From Raja brachyura (Eukaryota), in the NCBI GenBank assembly GCA_963514005.1, contig OY740804.1, positions 4,712,001 through 4,776,000 on the forward strand: 64,000 nt of DNA, written 5' to 3'. Position 1 is the first letter of the stretch. Each line of letters begins with the position of its first letter. This document shows positions 61,241-64,000 of the stretch, piece by piece. Under the pieces are notes generated by a model. It saw nothing but the letters and a program-made list of their open reading frames with translations. It did no database searches and was not told the origin of the DNA. A program made the position numbers and the translations under genes.

Positions 61241-62734
61241 TAGCACTTAATCTGCTGCTGTCCAGTGCTTTGGGGCACCTTCAAAGCAAATTGCACATTA
61301 TAATCCTTTATTATTTTAATAAAATATTAGAGACCAGCATAAAGAAATATCTTGCAAAATCTTTCTTGAATTTCATGGACTTGAAACCTGTATAGATTAG
61401 AGAACCCAGGGCTGTGTATGAATGTACTCGCTCCAAGTTATGATACATTTCAGTACGTATGCTCTCACTACTGTAACAACAACTTGCGTATAAACTTACA
61501 CACCCTCCAGTAATGTTCAAACATTTTTAGTTTAGTTTAGAGTGCGGAAACAGGCCCTTCGGCCCACCGAGACCGTGCCGACCAGCGATCCCTGCACATT
61601 TACACTATCCTACACACTAGGAATGGTTTACAATTTTACCGAAGCCAATGAACCTACAAACCTGTACGTCTTTGGAGTGTGTGAGGAAACAGGAGCTCTC
61701 GGGAAAATTCCATACAGACAGTACCCGTAGTCAGGATCGAAACCGGGTCCCTGGTGCTGCCTGGCAGCAACTCTACTGCTGCGCCACCGTGCCACACTCA
61801 AAGATGCCCTAACAGGCCGTCATCAAACAAAAATCTGACAATGTGGCGCAGGAGGAGATGGGAACACAAAACCCTGGCCAAAAATGCATGTAGTTTACGG
61901 ACTTTGAAAACCTTGCTGAATGTGTGCATTTGTGCATCTGAAAGCTGAACCGATAGGAAAATGCAAGTATCTGAGGTTCTGTTGTAGTCGTGAACTGACA
62001 GACTAAAATTGTTTGTGGTTCATTAATACCGTGTTGGCAGCTAGATACAGAGTTTTGTCTGAAGCCCTAAGGGGCTTTTTTTCTGGGGGGTTTTTTTCTC
62101 CCCACACAACAAAGAATGTCAGTCTTATATGGTTCAGAGGGAAGTTCATGTATTTTTAACAGACTCACTTCTTCAGAAAAGTTGGTTTTAATTTCAACTT
62201 TCGCATCTGATACCAGAAAGTCATTTCATTTTACTGAAATCTTTCAGTAGAAAATAGATGTCAGATCAATCACAGCAGTCGTCACTGTCCAACAAAAATG
62301 TCTGCATTCATCAAGAGTAGAACTGTAGATGTTTAATACACAAAGAGAAACTCAGCAGGTCAGGCACTGTCTCCAGAGAACATTTCGGGTCGAGACTGAA
62401 GAAAGGTCTCGACCCGAAATGTCATCTATTCAGGTTCTTCAGAAATGCTGCCTGACCTGCCGAGTTACTCCTGCACTTTGTGTCCTTTTGTACATTCATA
62501 ATCGTGCAGTTTTTCAGGTTTCAAGCAAAGTGACATTGAGCTTTGCTGAGGTAGAAATAAGTAAAATTGTTATCATTGTGAGCTTGATGATGTCTGACAG
62601 ATTAGCTGATCAGATAGCCCTTGTTCAGCATTTTGTCCAGTGAAAGTATGGGGCGAGGTCAAGATTGAAGAATTTTAAGTTATTTTCCTTCAAAGTGCAA
62701 AATATTCAATGGTTCCAACGGTGCTTTGTTTCTT

Positions 62735-63226
62735 GCATTTGGAATAATGCAAGCAATTTTGGGCACCATATCTAAGGAAGGATGTGCTGGCTCTGGAGAG
62801 GGTTCAGAGGTTTACAAGAACTCGCTGGAGTTTAGAAGAATGAGGGGGACCTCATTGAAACATACAGTATAATGAAAGGATTGGATAGAGTGGATGTGGA
62901 GAGGATGTTTCCACTAGTGGGAGAGTCTAGGACTAGAGGTCATAGCCTCAGAATTAAAGGATGTTCCTTTAGGAAGGAGATGAGGAGAAATGTCTTTAGT
63001 CAGAGAGTGGTGAATCTGTGGAATTCTTTGCCACAGAAGGCTGTGGAGGCCAAGTCAGTGGATATTTTTAAGGCAAAGATAGATAGATTCTTGATTAGTA
63101 CGGATGTCAGAGGTTATGGGGAGAAGGCAGGAGAATGGGGTTAGGAGGGAGAGATAGATCAACCATGATCGGATGGCGGAGTGGGCCCACTTGATGGGCC
63201 GAATGGTCTAATTCTACTCCTATTCC
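62735..63226 (+). mobile_element. CR1-clade LINE 3' fragment, third subfamily; relatives at about 13535-13885 (-), 19420-19755 (-) and 27820-28258 (+)
   Basis: ORF 62872-63144: KGLDRVDVERMFPLVGESRTRGHSLRIKG...RVVNLWNSLPQKAV. Confidence 0.85.
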
Positions 63227-64000
63227 TTATGACCCTATATGCAACTGCGCAGTGAAAATCTTTTTGCACATATTATACATGCAACCACCATTTTTGGCAC
63301 CATTATTCAAAGTCCAGTCGATGTGGTTTCGGAGCGGTTTCCGCGGCCCGTACCTCCTCCCCTCGCCGGGCCATCTCTGTGTTCCCGGTGCGGCTCCTGC
63401 AGCCAACCGTGAAGGCGCTGGAGGCATTACCCCGGTTCACCCTCCTACCGGCTCTTGCTCCTCATTGGCGTCTCCAGCTCCCTCCCGGTTACTCCATCTG
63501 GCGAACCTTTGGGCGGGTTATAGGCCCCGCCGACTGACAAGCCATCCGGGCAGGCACCTCGTGAAGGCCTCTGCAATACGACACGTCACACGGCATTTTG
63601 CAGTGGAACAAAGAATTTTTCACATGGTTGCGATGACTCGCCCATGGTTCTCCATTCATTTTATTTTGGCTCCAGGGGACTTGTCCAAAGATCATAGAGA
63701 TTCTGTGTACTGAGGTACAGTGCACAGCTTTTTTGTCGCTAGCTATCCAGTCAGCAAAAAGACAATACAAGTCATCCACAGTGTACAGATACAGGATGAA
63801 GGGAATAATTTTTGGTGCATGATAAAGTCCACTTAATGATCGTCCAAGGGTCTCCAATGAGGTATATGGGAGGTCAGGACCGCTCTCTAGTTGGTGAGAG
63901 GACAGTTCAGTTGACTGATAACAGCTGGGAAGAAACTGTCCCTGAATCTGGAGATGTGCGTGTTCACACTTCTGTACCTCTCGTCTGATGAGAGATGTGA

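Noticed and set aside
62500-62645. Possible AHCYL1 exon 6 or C/D snoRNA (TTTTCAG acceptor; TGATGA...CTGA)
   Set aside because: The translation does not give the expected VFAWKGESEDDFWWC motif, and the C/D boxes are too close together and lack a terminal stem.

Overview
Eukaryotic (vertebrate) DNA, most likely from a cartilaginous fish. This is inferred from the repeat landscape: HE1-like V-SINEs, HER1/CR1-like LINEs and Penelope remnants. Two spliced + strand genes are present. One is a complete 8-exon Mu-class glutathione S-transferase (GSTM; CDS 5649-22522, 220 aa). The other, about 3.8 kb downstream, is the first five coding exons of an IRBIT/AHCYL1-type gene (from 26364, running off the window), with a 27.8-kb first intron. 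Most of the rest is transposon-derived: an internally deleted Gmr1-like Gypsy element, a young 5'-truncated CR1-type LINE, a Penelope GIY-YIG fragment, a hAT-Charlie element and MITEs. The best finding is three copies of a ~136-142 bp retroposon in AHCYL1 intron 1, each flanked by target-site duplications (TSDs). Their first 54 nt fold by eye into a minimal HDV-like self-cleaving ribozyme. Other highlights are numerous Penelope-type minimal hammerhead cores, a CRE-motif tandem array at the AHCYL1 promoter, and a consensus CTCF site between the two genes. All comparisons with known proteins and families are from memory, not from searches.
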